Shown here: positions 1-13,175 of the stretch, in pieces | How the letters are laid out: each line of letters begins with the position of its first letter | Numbering within the stretch: the first letter of the stretch is position 1 | Assembly (NCBI GenBank): GCA_965649765.1 | Contig: OZ287754.1 | Span: forward strand, 38,316,001 to 38,380,000 | Length of the DNA: 64,000 nt | Reading direction: 5' to 3' | DNA from: Bispira polyomma | Lineage: Eukaryota | Program-made: the position numbers and the translations under genes | Notes under the pieces: generated by a model | What the model saw: only the letters and a program-made list of their open reading frames with translations | Told to the model about the DNA's origin: nothing | The model's database searches: none

Positions 1-248
1 TACAAAGTAAAGAAATGAGTAAAAACGTTTAAAAATAGAAACAGTGGGATGAAATCAAATTTCCTAATAAATAGATAGTAAATTTTAACCTTCTAACCAT
101 GTCATCTGATCTCAATGTTAAAGTCTATGGGATTTAAGACATGGCTTAAACTGACTCCACCAGCCAAGTATTATCTTTTAACAAAATCTGAGGTACAGCA
201 ACTTCAAGTACAGTGGCACCTCTAGTGCTAAAACTGTTACTGTTTGTA

Positions 249-873
249 CAGTAGAACCTCTATTATTCGAACATGTTGAGGAAAGCAGGATTTTGTTTGG
301 ATTACAGAAGGTTCATAAAATAGAAGATGCAACTGTATATAAAACAACAGGTAAACATAAATTTAAAAAAGAGTAAAACTACGTTTGTACTATTGAATAT
401 TTGGATAATAGACGTTCGGATAAGAAACGTTCTACTGTGCATTCAATTAATGAACAGACTTTCACTCTCTCCAATTGACAATTCTTCTATTGTTTTATAC
501 TTAAAACTCTTCTATTTTATAAACCTGCTATTTTCTGAACAAACCCATGCTTTCCACAATATGTTTAAATAACAGAGGTCCTACTATATCTAAAATAAAA
601 GTGGTAAAGTAAATCTTTAATACACTTTCAGATGGCTCTGACCATAGTCTTTTGTCACCAAACATTGTGATTTATTGTTAGGAAACTCTTAGAGATCCTC
701 AATATGGTCTAAACCTTTATTATCCAGATAAGTTGAGAGAGAGCAAAAATTAGTTTGGATAAGATTCATAAAATAGAAGAGGTATTTCAGTATAAAACAA
801 CAGGAAAATATAAATTTAGAAGAGTAAAATTCTGTTTATCAAATCAAATATTGGGATAACAGAGGTTCTACTG
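249..873. mobile_element. Degenerate Tc1/pogo-like MITE cluster
   Basis: TA|CAGTAGAACCTCT at 249 and AGAGGTTCTACTG|TA ending at 873; related partial ends near 430-440, 575-587 and 2178; segments ~290-440 and ~750-873 are similar. Confidence 0.5.
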
Positions 874-2967
874 TATAACCCTTAAGTTGTGAAAATCATA
901 CCAGCAGTCTAGGAAGAAAATCTCATTAGAAACAAAAAATTCTAACTGAAAGAATAAGAATACAATGATTACAATTTTAACTGCATCACAACTGTAGGGT
1001 AAGGGTTCTAAAATTCCCAAAATTAATATTATATTCAATTCAAGATACAGCAAAACTAATTTAAAAAATTCCCAAATTTATATTATATTCAATTCGGTTA
1101 CTGTAAGATATAGAGCCCTTTATAACAGAAAATGATAATAAATACATAATTTAACAAAGGACAGGGGCAAATCTTAAATTCCTTGAAATAAGCTATTCAT
1201 CAAAGGTTTTTACTATCCTCGCACCTCCAATTATCGATCACATAAGCGGAATAATATATAAAATGTATTTTAACAAATTAATATCTTTTTTTACCTATTT
1301 TCTTAATTTTTGTTGGAGATTATTGAAGTTTTGTTTTTATTTCGAAATGTCGAATGATCAACGCTAAATTGCGTTCACATGACCTAGTATAAACCGGTTA
1401 TTTTGTTGCTGATCGATAATAGAAAGTGATCGATAACAGGAAGTGTGACTATACTACTAGCGAAATGTGCCTTGAGGTAAGTGCAAACTTCTAACCAACT
1501 TGATTCTGGGTAACCACACATTTAGTTAGAACCATTTCCAGAAATCACTTTAGCAACAAGGCAACTGATGGAAATGAATATATCGAAGAAACAAGAATTG
1601 TGTTTTATTGGGTAATATACACAATATATTTCAAAATAACCAAATTTCTAGTTTCATTTTCATTTCCAAACAAATTGGGCTTAATATTTAGAAAGCAGGC
1701 ACCCCTTTCACACCCCAGCTAGTTTATATCTGAATTTCTATGGCTGTGACTTGACATGGTGTTTTAACAAGAATGATTATACATTATACACAATAAATCT
1801 CTATAAGTTGATAACAAAAAAGTTACAATAACATTCTGTGCTACAAATACACATTCCATATCATCAATACAATACAAATTATTTTATACTCCAGTTAACA
1901 AGTACACATATACATAATATATATTTACAATACATCAACAATAATTCCGAAACTACACATTAACAAATTTTAACAGATTCCTTCCCTGAATTTTACATAA
2001 TACAATATTTGAAATGATAAACTCTTCAAAAGAAAAACATATATAACATTTTGATTCCTTCCAAATAATACAACCCTTGTATGAACCTTTGAGACTAAGA
2101 GATTAAGAAAACACATTCAATGTCCGCTGTACTCATTTTAAATTGTACAATGTTGGCTGTACTTATTTTAAGTTGTACAGTAGAACCTCCATTATCCAAA
2201 ATTTAATTTCCATTTATTTTCCATAAGATAAAGAGCCATTTGTAAGAGGAAATAAGAATAAATCATCATTCAGAATATTTGATTTTTAGGAATTTACAAT
2301 GCCGAAAATCTGTTTTACTTTATATGAATAAAATCTTACTCTCCTGACATGTTTAGACAATTTAGGTTAAATGTTAGTCATAGTATTTTGTTCATTAAAA
2401 TATTTTACCACATATTCAACAAACATAAGCACAAACTTTTGAGTTAGTATTGCTTTATGGAATCAAAAAGTGCATTAGTTAAGTTAGTAAAGCTTCATAA
2501 GCTAATAATAAGTGAGAAATTTAGAGGACAAAAAATACTTGAAAAACTCCTCTTTTTCAATTAAGAAGACACCCAAAGTTACAAAAGGTAGATGATGTTA
2601 TTTGTTAGTGTTTAATTTGTTTTTCAATTTCTCTGAACACAAGTACTTTTTCAACTGGGATTAAGTCATATGACATTCCATAAACTTTTGAAAAGGTAAC
2701 AGTGATATATCAATCAAATAAATACACATCACCACAAATTTTTGTTTAAACATAAATGCATTGTCATTATACCTTAGTTATACATGTATATCATCAGAGC
2801 GTTCACCAAACACTCGGATATATCTTTACTAATAATTGTTCATAGACACACACTTTTTAGTTACTTATTTTACCTTTCTAATAACAATGAGTACAGGAGG
2901 TCAAGCCACAAAACAATATTAGCATCGACTCTCTGGGGATCAATAAATCAAGCCATTATAATTCATC

Positions 2968-3890
2968 TCATTTATTTGGACACTGCATGAAATGAGTGAG
3001 AAACCCAAACTTCTCAGGAAATCTGTGCTGACAGAAATGGCATTGGAATGGGCCGTCATTGCCATGGCAACCCCGATGCAGCACAAAAGTGGAGTATTCA
3101 GGGAAGACGATGTTGCAGCTGTGGCAGATGTGGAGCCGACCTTGGGAGGCCAGTAGTTCTAAAATGGCCATGGTGTCCAGGCCTAGGTTCTGGAATATCT
3201 TGAGGAGCTCCGTGCTGAGGGTGGAGGATTTGGGCGCCTCAATACTGGCTGCTCCGACGGCCGCAGCATTAGCCAGGTCCCCGAGGTTTGGGCGGGAGGA
3301 GGTTTTCAGAGGGGTGGTTGTGGGCAGGGTATTGTGGGCCACAGAGAGGCGGGGCATGATACTGGGAATACTACACTGGATGGTGGAGGCGGGACCCATC
3401 TCCCAGGGCTTGGTATTCAGTAACTCCTGTGGTGTCATAGGAGCCACACGAGGGGAGTCCTGGTTACTTTCAGTATCGGTCTCCACGGTGACGGGGGAGG
3501 TGTTTAAAGCCTCTCCGCCGACGGGTTTCGGTATACTGTATTCAGTAAGTGGGCCAGAGATGGGTAAGGGTGTGGAATAAGGGCCATTAGAGCGGCACCT
3601 GACTCCCATGTCGGGTTTACCTGTCAGATTAGGGGTCGTCCCCTCATGTAAAGCAATCATGTACTGCGCCAGCTCTGCAACGCTGGGTTTGACATCCACG
3701 GGGGACGTTAGGTTTGAAGGGAAGCTGGAATGTAAGCTGGTGGCCATCCCCGCTGGTGAGGTGAGAATATCTTGTATAGGAGGCAAGTTTGAAATAGAGC
3801 TGATGGGCTGGAGTACGGGGAAGCCTGGGGCTGGACCTGGGGGGGAATGCATGGGGTCGGGGGAGGTCACAAATGTGGGTGTGCTGCCAC
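2968..3890 (-). CDS. Zinc-finger gene terminal coding exon: Pro/Ser/Thr-rich region plus C-terminal zinc-finger pair
   Basis: Within ORF 2968..3906; acceptor TTGATTACAG at 3891, phase 1; GC-rich relative to flanks; ends in two fingers and a stop. Confidence 0.9.
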
Positions 3891-6800
3891 CTGTAATCAA
3901 CAACATAAAAACATAAATAATTCATTAACATTTTCCAAGCTATATTTTAAGCTATTCATTGGTTCTGATATACTTTATACACGTTATTTCATTACACATT
4001 AAATCATTAACATGGTAAAGAAGTTTAACGAAATAGTTATATTTTAGCGGCTAATTTTAGCCCTTCGTAGTTTACTTTATTAACTTGGCTCATACTGAAA
4101 CATAAATTCCTGATGAAAATTAAAATTTTTCAACTATTTTAAAGTAAAAATAATATATTTTAGAAATGATAAAATACTGAAAATATATAGTTCAGCCAAA
4201 GTTACTTTTAAACAACACAGATGACCTGAACATGGATTGTTAACATAAGTTCATACTGATACATATGTGTCAATTGGCATATTTCACAGAGTGGCATGAT
4301 AACGGTAGTCCTGTTGTTTGTGGATTAATATTGTACTGACAATCAGAGTTTAAGTAGGAGAAAGGCATTATTTCCATGGTGTCTATAACATTTCATGTTG
4401 TTTAGTGAAAATGTTTTGTAGTGTTTTATTATACAAGCTATATATATCTTGGGTATGGCCCAGAATCCAAATCACAATCCAAGATACCGCCTGCCACAAG
4501 CTATTAGTTGACAAAAAATAATTCTTTCTGGAATTAATCATAGTGAAAGTTCAAATATTTGAACTTCTGTTATCTGAATATTACCCTACCCTAATATTAC
4601 CCTAGTAATGTAACGAGAACTACAACCAGTAGTTTCTTGTTTCTCAATGTAGTTTATTACTTTCACTAATCTACAAAATCGTGACCAATTGGCCCTTAAG
4701 ATTATTAATACTAAATTTAAATTCCCTCAACAAAATAGGTCTTATTTCTCAGATATAGATAAGAGAGGTTTTGGGCATACATCCAAGGTTAGCCTCAGAT
4801 CAATAAATAAACTTCAAACGCCTATAACTGTTAATTGTTGTGCCACATTTAATCTTAAAAATATTTCATAGGTAAATCCTGGGCTAAATAGTCAATCTGA
4901 GTTCACAGTGTAACTTTTACACCATGTTTAATATACAGTTGAACCCCTTTAAGTGGAACCTCAAGGGACTAGAAATAATACCTCTACTTAAGCAGGATTT
5001 CCACTTAACAGGGAAAATTTAAAAACAAAAGGCCTCCATGGGACTTCAAATTTGTCTCCACATAACAGGGAAATGACTTAACAGAGTTCTACTTTAAGGA
5101 GTTTGACTGTATGTGCACCTTTAACCTTTCCATGACAACAGATTCCATACACACAGGGGAACAATAAGATCACTGTCATAATTTTAAGGTCGAAGGTTGG
5201 CCTGAGGTCAGACCATGATGACCTTACAAGGCTAGTCTCCTTAATGTGATTTGTGCTAAAATTCTAGTATATACGACCTTCTTCTAACAGCTTGTGTTGA
5301 GTGGAGAGGTGGGGTTTGGAGTTGGATAGAGAATTAGCCTTAAAGGCTTAAACTGTCCCAATAAAGGCTAATATGCCAGCAAGGTGTTAAACATAATACC
5401 ATTTCAGTGTAAACACTTCCCCACTTTTCAGTCTCCTTTTCTTATTTGTGACTGTTTATGTTAATGTGCTACATAATAGCATTCACCCAGAGGGCCTTTC
5501 TGCATTACACAGATCTCACATGTGTTGGGTGGGGAACACTATGTGGCAAAAGTAAAAAAAAACACTAGTTATTCAAAGTATAGAAATCTGCGTAGGATTT
5601 TAGGGGAAAGTCTCTGCACTGATTTACTTCTGATATTGTACAGTCAAACTTGCATAAGACAACCACCCTTGAGAAAATCTTAATAATCGGTCGCTTGTAT
5701 GGGTGAGTCATAGTATGAAAACTTTACGGTACCTTATAAGTTGTCACTAAAGTGGCCGATGATAGATTTTATCAAAATCTTTTTACTTCAAATAAACCAC
5801 TTTTACGCATGTTACTGTCATATAATATTTAATCCTAAACTCAAACTTATTAAAAAAACTTGGTATAAAGCATCATCTATTGGCTTGTGGTTTGAACGCA
5901 TATGTATCCTTTGTCATAAAATGCTATGAAGTGAGCCACAGTGACAAATAACATTACCAGTAATTGTCTAGACACAGAAAGAGGACTAATAGACAAGTCT
6001 ATGGGGTGTTTTATGTGTGGTGTCTAATCCTATTATCTTTTTTGTCCGTTCATATACAAACATGCTTTCCGTCACTAGGGGTGGCTTTTTAAAATTTGTT
6101 TTTATTTGATTTACCCCTCACTTTAGTGGTCCAATCTCTGCAAGAAAAATTAGGGTTGTGCGAGTACACACTGTACATTAGGCTAGTTTTTGGTCAGAAC
6201 TCACAAGAGTTGGTCTCACTAAGTCAATTTTAATGCAAATTGCAAAATTCATGGGGATGTTTTGAAACAGTCGGAACCAATGAGTGAGTGATTACCGGTA
6301 GAAGTTTGACTGTACACTACGGACAAGAAACACTACAGACAGTACACAGTAATTCACTGACCCGCAGCATTCTGTTGCATCAATACACCATGTATTTTCC
6401 TCATGTGAGAGTTCAGGGACTCTCTCAGTTGTGTCTTGAACTGACACCCACTTATAAAACACTGAAAACGCTTGTTACCTGAAAAACCACAAGAAGGTTA
6501 CAAACTCTAACATACTACTTTGGGCATGCACTTAAGTCTAATGTCCACATGATTGGGTTCTACTTATGGTTAACTGCTACTTGTACTAAACTTAAGGCTT
6601 TTAGTTACTAAACATTAGTAACGTAAACACACAATTATGCCGGCGATCAATCACATTGCACAGTAAGCGCTAAAAAAGTCTGATATATTATTATTATATT
6701 ATTATTGCATCAGCAAAATTTTACTTTTACCATATGTACCTAACATTGTCCTTTATTAGTAACAATTTTACTTTAACCATTTTTATATGCTTACATTAAG

Positions 6801-6950
6801 TTTAAAACCTTAATAATTTTGTTACAAAGTATTAAAACAGCCAAATAATGATTCTTGTAGTGTGATGCCACACAAATTCAAAGCTGTACACGCTTGTCAT
6901 ATTTGTAAACAAGAAAGAACCGTTTCCGATATAATATGGCTAATGATCTA

Positions 6951-6985
<35 letters not shown>

Positions 6986-9900
6986 GACATTATGTACACT
7001 ACCCCATTTTAGAAAACGTATATATATGTATATTTATTTCAATGATTTTTTACATTTTTGAATAGATTCCCTTATTTTATATAATAAAGAATATAGGAGA
7101 CCTTTTTTCTTAAAAGAGGCTACTTAAATGCTTTTCTAAAATTAACCAACTTTTGTATTTTAATTGAAAATGTAAATAATGCTGAAGTCTTCCTTTTTCT
7201 AGTGATCAATACTGTAGTATTTAATCCTTCTTTAAATATCATTTTTGTAACATTAGTTAAGCATGCACTTTTTTACACATTGATATATGTATGGTATGTC
7301 ACAAATTATTTGTTAATATGACATTTCGATGAATTGACATAAATCAACAGATTTAACACATATCAAAAGTATATGTCATTCTTTATTATTTTGACTCCTA
7401 AAAATGTAAGTATGTTGCTGATATATTGAGTTTAAGGCCACCAAAGTAAAACAGTACATTTACAAAGGAGCTCTTTCACATGTAATGTGATGTATCGGCA
7501 ATTGGCTTAGGTGTTTACGTTACTAACTTACTAAGTCCTTAAAATAAATAATTTCGATGGCTGGGACCAGAAAATTGTATCTAGTTAAAAAGCAATTTGA
7601 CAAACACTGATTCTACTGTATAGTTATATTCAAATGATTTTTAAGTAACTGACATCAACCAATGTAGTAATGTGATGGGTTATTGCTCCAAAGAACTGAG
7701 TAACTTAGATCGATAGTTTATAACTCCTACAGAATTATACAGATTTCTTTAAAGGTATAACTTACAAGATATACAAAGTACTTTCACATAGAAGAAACAC
7801 ATTCTCTTTTTGGCAAGAGTACTTCAGGAACTGAGCTGACTTAAGTCAATATATACAAATTACAATTCCTTATTCTAATATAGTAGTAAGAGTTTTTTTA
7901 GGGTTTGTTAGAAATAAAAAAGCTTCATAAAAACTTGGTATTTGGATAAGATGTCACACATTAGAGAAAAATAAATTTTTCAGCATGAAAGAACCTTCAT
8001 AAAACTTGGATTTTCTTACAAATGGTATGAAATACTGAATACCTGAATAGACTGTCATCTTTTAAATTTATAGTTCATAATGTATCAAAAAATAATGAGC
8101 AACTGTAGTCCAGTTGGTTGCTGACTGGAGATTTTGCCAGAATTACAGCTGTAATCATTTTAAGAAAGTTTCATGTTGTGTAGAAAATTCTCTCAGGGTT
8201 GTTTTATTTCCCGGGGAATACTGCATTTCCCGGGACGGCAGGAAATACTAGGAAATACAGGGAAATACTAGACAGCATGGCTATTCAGTTATTAATGCTT
8301 TAAAAAATATATGATGGTCCTTAAAGAAATATATATACCCATATATACTTGTATATGCATATATTATTATTGTTATTATGTGGATAGACACATATGTATT
8401 ATATAGGGAAGGAAAAAACAATCATGTCCATCTTTATTTTAGGTAATTCAGTATGTTTTACTATTTGTGGGTGGCTTATTGTTTCAGTCAAGTACTTATA
8501 TAGTTCATGTAATATCTGTGCTGTCAGTGTAATCCTTTTTTAATCCTTCCTCTATTCACGAAAAATTACACAGATATAAATCCCATCTTGATTGAAAAGT
8601 ATATTGAACAGAACAGGCCTGTATATACAGATAGAGGGTGTAATCCCTTCTGGTTTTAAGATACAATTAGCAATTGTGACAAGTGAGCCCTTTAACTTAG
8701 GTTCAGTGTTCTATAGTGTGGCCATTGTACTTTTGCCTGTGCTGTTAATATAATCCCTTTTAAATACCTGGGCCATTCAATGAGAAAAGGGAGCACATAG
8801 AGTTCTACTTGTCATAGAGATCAATTCCCTCTTGTTGGAAATGTGTATTTATACTGGGCCAATAAAAAGTAAAATTTTATTCATTTTGTCTTTTGGTACT
8901 GCTGTGTTATCATTTTACGATGTGGTTGAAGAATGTGAAAGAACTTTACTAAATTTAAAAAGTGTAAAACAACTGTTCTGAAAGTGATCTTTCAAAGCCA
9001 TTTTCCTTATTTTTTTGTTATTTGAGTTTGCCAAAAAAAGTCATACAAGAGTATTTCCCGGTATTTCCCACTTTTGGAGTATTGGACAGGGCGATATTTT
9101 CCGGGTGGTATTTCCCGCCTGGGAAATACCGTAACAACCCTGATTCTCCGATATAGCCATGAGCTTATTTACTAATTATGATTTAGTAGATTAAAAAATA
9201 GCATCGGAGATGCTAAAACCCCACTGCCTTTAGGTGAAATCAGAGCATGACCCACTGTCACCACACCCAAAAGGCAATAGTTGCACCAAATATGAACTTC
9301 CTCTCTGTCGCGGTTTCTGAGATCTACCCTAGACAAATGTTGGCGGTGGCCTTTTTTTTCAAATTAAGGCCAAATTACAGCAGGAGCAAAATATTACAGC
9401 AGTAAACATATACTGAAAATTTAATGAGGTTAGCTGTATAACTGTTCCTGTGAAAGCGTTAACAAACAAAATATTTAATTCGCATGTGGCGACCATTTTG
9501 TTTCAAAGAATGATGACAAAGTTTCCTTTTTTGAAGATTAACATTTTGGTAACCTGTATACCAAATTTAGTAAAAGTATCTGTAATGGTTTGTCTATGAA
9601 TGACATGAAATCATTTTTAAGGAAATTGCCGCAGCTGCCAAAAATGATGCCAAAGTTCTGCACGAGCAAGACATTATATTGGTAACCATATTCTGAAAAT
9701 TTAGTGAGGCTAACTGCAATAGTTTTACTCAGAGAGTCTTAGCAAAGAAAATATTAAAATTGCTTGTGGTGGCCATTTTATATTTGAGAATGAGACCAAA
9801 GTTTCCCTTTTTGATCAATAACATACAGACAAACTGTATACCACATATGGTAACAATATCTGTTACAGCTTGTTGAGAATGATATAAAATCATTTGTAAA

Positions 9901-11803
9901 GAAGTTTTCGCGGCAACTATCTTGTGTTTTTCAAAATGACGCCAAAGTTCTGCAGGAGCAAGATATGATCAGCTTGTCAATAAACTATTTTGTTGTATGT
10001 TTGTGTTCTTGGGAGTTTAAATGTGAATAAAGGTTCAGTTTGTTCTATTGTTGTGTTGTCTACATAGTACTAGAAAGTACAGATGACATGTAATAATAAG
10101 ACTATTACTATAAATAGATTTAAAAAATAAAAATAAAATAGTAATAGCTACACATGTGATAGACCCTGTGGAAGACTAGGAAATGAGTGCATCAAATTTT
10201 ATACTTAATTTTAATGGTTTCAGTGTCAAATAAATAAGATGCCACAGGAATGATTTTGTATATCAGTCTGCTCACAAAATTGACATTATGATACAATAAG
10301 ATACATGTAATGTATATCGAAGCCAAGCCCATTTTTCTTACCTGTGTGGGTTGCCTCATGGTAATTGAGGTTAGAACGAGAAGCAAACCTCTTTCCACAA
10401 TGGCGACAGGAAAATGGTTTTTCTCCTGTGTGTGTTCTCACATGTTTTGTCAAATTTCCCACAAATCTAGTTTTGTATGGACAGTACTACAAGAAAAATG
10501 TTTACTTCATTAGATGGGATTATATTATATCAATCAACTATACTGTAACTTCAAATGTTAGGCAATGCTGCAATGTGATAAACTGTACTCAAGTGAATAT
10601 TCTAGGCTACAGTTAGTACAGTACGGCTGGCATGGAATTGCTTTGAAATTTTTCAATTAACACCAGGCACCGTGCTTTTCTATGATATTTATTTAAAAAA
10701 ATATGTGTACATATAAGGTAATATAATATATTTATATTATATTTATAATTTATTAAATTTCATTATTTTAATAACGTAATAAAAACCAGGTCTGCAGATT
10801 TAACAATCAATTCATCTATTAAAATGATGAAATTTACTAAAATAGTAACTATTACAAGACATAATTGCATAAATATTAGTGTTGGAAATTGGTCTGTATT
10901 TTGCATGTCGATTAATTGTCTGACCGATGATTGACCTGTAATCGATTATCCAACTAACTTTGTTGTTTTAAATATCAAGGTATTTCACGTTATCCCAGGC
11001 CTAATATATTGTGATCCCGTAAGAATTTAGTTGGATTCAGATGTTCAATATTTATTATCTACCGGTAACTATATGACTTCCGGTAAACATGGCGGTAAAC
11101 AAAAACAAACGTAAAAGTGACAAAAATTGCTTCAAATGATATAAAAAATATGTAAAATGACATTAAAACGTCAAAATATCTTATTAGTTGAAGTTGGGAA
11201 CACTATTTAGTGAATAATTGATTGTATAAAATTTAGACTAATCGACCACAATCATGCAGAGACGATTAATCTAGCACACGCCTAATTGTCCACTCACTAA
11301 TAAATATAAATTAGAACATATTTTGCGGGACCCGACAGGCCAAAGCATAGGCAAATATTTTCATACCAAACAGCTACAAAACTTTTTTGTCTACCGTTGT
11401 ATAGCATTTTTGTTATAATCTGGTATAATACTCGGTTTAACTGTTATTGCACTGCAGATAGAAATGTACCTGGTCGGATTTTTTAAAGTTTTGGAAACAG
11501 TAAACGATCGGTCACTATTCAGCAACCTATCAATAGAGGTAGCCGTCAGCTGGCGGTAGAATAGACAGTCTAAGCTGCCATACAACATATCAAACCTTAC
11601 AAATAGCTTACCTTACAAAACAAATATTTCACATTAGAGCTATGAGCTACAATAGCATTCACATCTGTTCCATTGCTATCCGGTAGGGGTTCAGAGCCTA
11701 GAGGTTCTGCAATATCTTGACTGGCATCGTGTGGGACTTCCTCTGTATGACCCACGCTTGGCACATTTTCTTCTTCCACCTCCATTTTATATATTTCTGT
11801 CAT
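2968..11803 (-). CDS. Ikaros/Pegasus/Hunchback-family C2H2 zinc-finger transcription factor; spliced CDS join(11612..11803,10342..10486,6362..6478,2968..3890), about 458 aa
   Basis: Manual splicing: GT/AG sites with compatible phases (0,1,1) give an uninterrupted 1377-nt frame. Fingers: [16 protein letters not shown] linker, CRHC..HEATH, CFISGC..HMRKIH. The C-terminal pair [23 protein letters not shown] resembles the Ikaros-family dimerisation fingers. Additional small exons cannot be excluded. Confidence 0.85.
4936..5109. mobile_element. Short CAGT-ended MITE (Tc1/pogo-like)
   Basis: TA|CAGTTGAACCCCTTTAAGT ... ACTTTAAGGAGTTTGACTG|TA imperfect TIRs with TA flanks; internal ACTTAACAG subrepeats. 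Confidence 0.5.
5641..6312. mobile_element. CAGT-ended non-autonomous TIR element (Tc1/pogo-like)
   Basis: TA|CAGTCAAACTT at 5641 and AAGTTTGACTG|TA at 6302-6312 (11-bp perfect TIR, TA flanks). Confidence 0.5.
6362..6478 (-). CDS. Zinc-finger gene coding exon 3 ([39 protein letters not shown])
   Basis: Acceptor TTTTTCAG, donor G|GTCAGT, 117 nt, phase 1-1; encodes a third C2H2 finger (C-x4-C, H-x4-H). Not in the ORF track. Confidence 0.85.
6953..6982. repeat. (AT)n microsatellite
   Basis: About 15 AT units seen directly. Confidence 0.95.
8194..9142. mobile_element. Non-autonomous TIR DNA transposon (CAGGG ends, hAT-like) in intron 2
   Basis: TIR CAGGGTTGTT / AACAACCCTG; subterminal GGAAATAC repeats on the left and GTATTTCC repeats on the right; flanks ATTCTCT / ATTCTCC resemble a decayed TSD. 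Confidence 0.65.
9340..9965. repeat. Degenerate ~150-bp tandem subrepeats (old interspersed repeat)
   Basis: Recurring blocks such as GATGCCAAAGTTCTGCACGAGCAAGA / GACGCCAAAGTTCTGCAGGAGCAAGA and CTGTATACCA..T..GTAA.A.TATCTGT at ~300-bp spacing. Confidence 0.45.
10342..10486 (-). CDS. Zinc-finger gene coding exon 2 ([48 protein letters not shown])
   Basis: Acceptor TTTTTCTTGTAG, donor CAG|GTAAG; C2H2 fingers with the canonical TGEKPF linker. Not in the ORF track. Confidence 0.92.
11612..11803 (-). CDS. Zinc-finger gene coding exon 1 ([12 protein letters not shown]...KYLFCK)
   Basis: ATG at 11803; donor AAG|GTAAGC at 11611, phase 0. Supplies the first Cys of finger 1, which exon 2 completes. 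Confidence 0.8.
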
Positions 11804-12480
11804 GAGCGATAATTACGGATTTTAGAAACTGCACATATTTTAAGACTGTAATATCCAACAAATGATCCAGGCAACAAGGTTTTCCTGATCAGTGCAAAGT
11901 TGTTAATCCTTTCGCTTGATCACGAAAATAGTAAATTCAACATAATTGTCAACACAGGTGAAAAAAGTTGTATATTTACCTTGTTCGCTTTTGTAAACAA
12001 ACTCCGACGACAAACATAAACTATCTGCCGTTATTCTTGTACGTCAAATCGGTGCAAGTTTTGGATGAATAGAAACATTTCACAGAACAATGATTTAATT
12101 ACTCTCAGCCATAGAATTCAGATATTATTACTTATTTTCGTACCATTAGTACATTTACCACTTACAATCTTAACTGTTTTTACCAGTTCACAGGAGTTGA
12201 TATGTGATGAAGACATAACAAGATGTTTACAAAAGCATATTGGTTATTCCTTTATAATATTAGCCATGACATTAGTGCTATTAGATCTATTCACCAACAA
12301 AAGAATATTTGCGACAGGAAAATATTAATCAGGTATATGTGGAACAGATCAATTGTACGAGTCAATACTAAATAGATTCTAATTCATGCAGACATCATCA
12401 AAGGAGTTGTGAATTAGAGAAACCTGTAGGAGTGGATATCTTTATCCACATTGTTTCTAAATAAAAGCATCTCTGACAGA

Positions 12481-12552
12481 TCCCTGTTGGTCTAGTGGTT
12501 AGGATCCGGCGCTCTCACTGCCGTGGCCGGGGTTCGATTCCCCGACAGGGAG
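12481..12552 (+). tRNA. tRNA-Glu(CTC), unit 1
   Basis: TCCCTGT/ACAGGGA acceptor stem, CTC anticodon, GTTCGATTC B box, one G-U pair in the anticodon stem, T5 terminator. Confidence 0.85.
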
Positions 12553-13175
12553 AAGTGCTTCTTTTTAGGTAAACTAGTCCAGTGATCATTATTGTTTTTT
12601 GACACACTGAGATCATTGAGCTGTGCAATAAATCAAGTAGCCTTTGCAACAAAAACAAAAGTGTTGATTTGGCCATTATTGTTGACACACACAAAACTGT
12701 GGCATGAAGTGTCAATTTAGTGAATGATCTCGACATAGAAACCGGAATAAGGAACCTAGATTATATGTCTGCAATGTGAACTTCAGCTGAAATGAATGGG
12801 TCAAGGCTGTTTCTGTGTATCAGTTTGCAGCATTTAAAATTGAAAATTAATTGATAATCATTGAAGTATTTCTGGAAGTAGTAAAGTTGTGCTTTAAGTC
12901 ATCTGTGAAAAGTTATACAACAAATGGCTGATTATTTCAAAATTGTCTTTATAACAGTAATAATTGTTTTAGAGTACTTTTACCTAAAGATAGTGGCAGG
13001 GAGTTGAATGTTGAAGTATCATTCCTGTAGTCCAGAATTTTGTAAAATTTGTTAATAACATCAGGTCATAAAAGGATCTTTGAATGTTTCAACAATGTGT
13101 GAAGCTAGACAATAAGTTTCTATGTGTGTATTGCTAATAACAATTGAATAGACAGTGGAAAAATTATATGTTTCA

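Noticed and set aside
3059-3931. Plus-strand ORFs 3059..3580 and 3608..3916, and the alternate-frame ORF 3644..3931
   Set aside because: Shadow ORFs of the GC-rich zinc-finger exon.
5278-5370. Possible extra minus-strand exon in intron 3
   Set aside because: The open frame after the candidate acceptor is phase 0, incompatible with the flanking phase-1 junctions, and the donor is weak.
327-12328. Assorted 60-87 aa ORFs in AT-rich intronic or flanking DNA
   Set aside because: Composition reflects AT-rich non-coding DNA or MITE remnants; 6288..6482, 10310..10513 and 10365..10616 are antisense to real exons.
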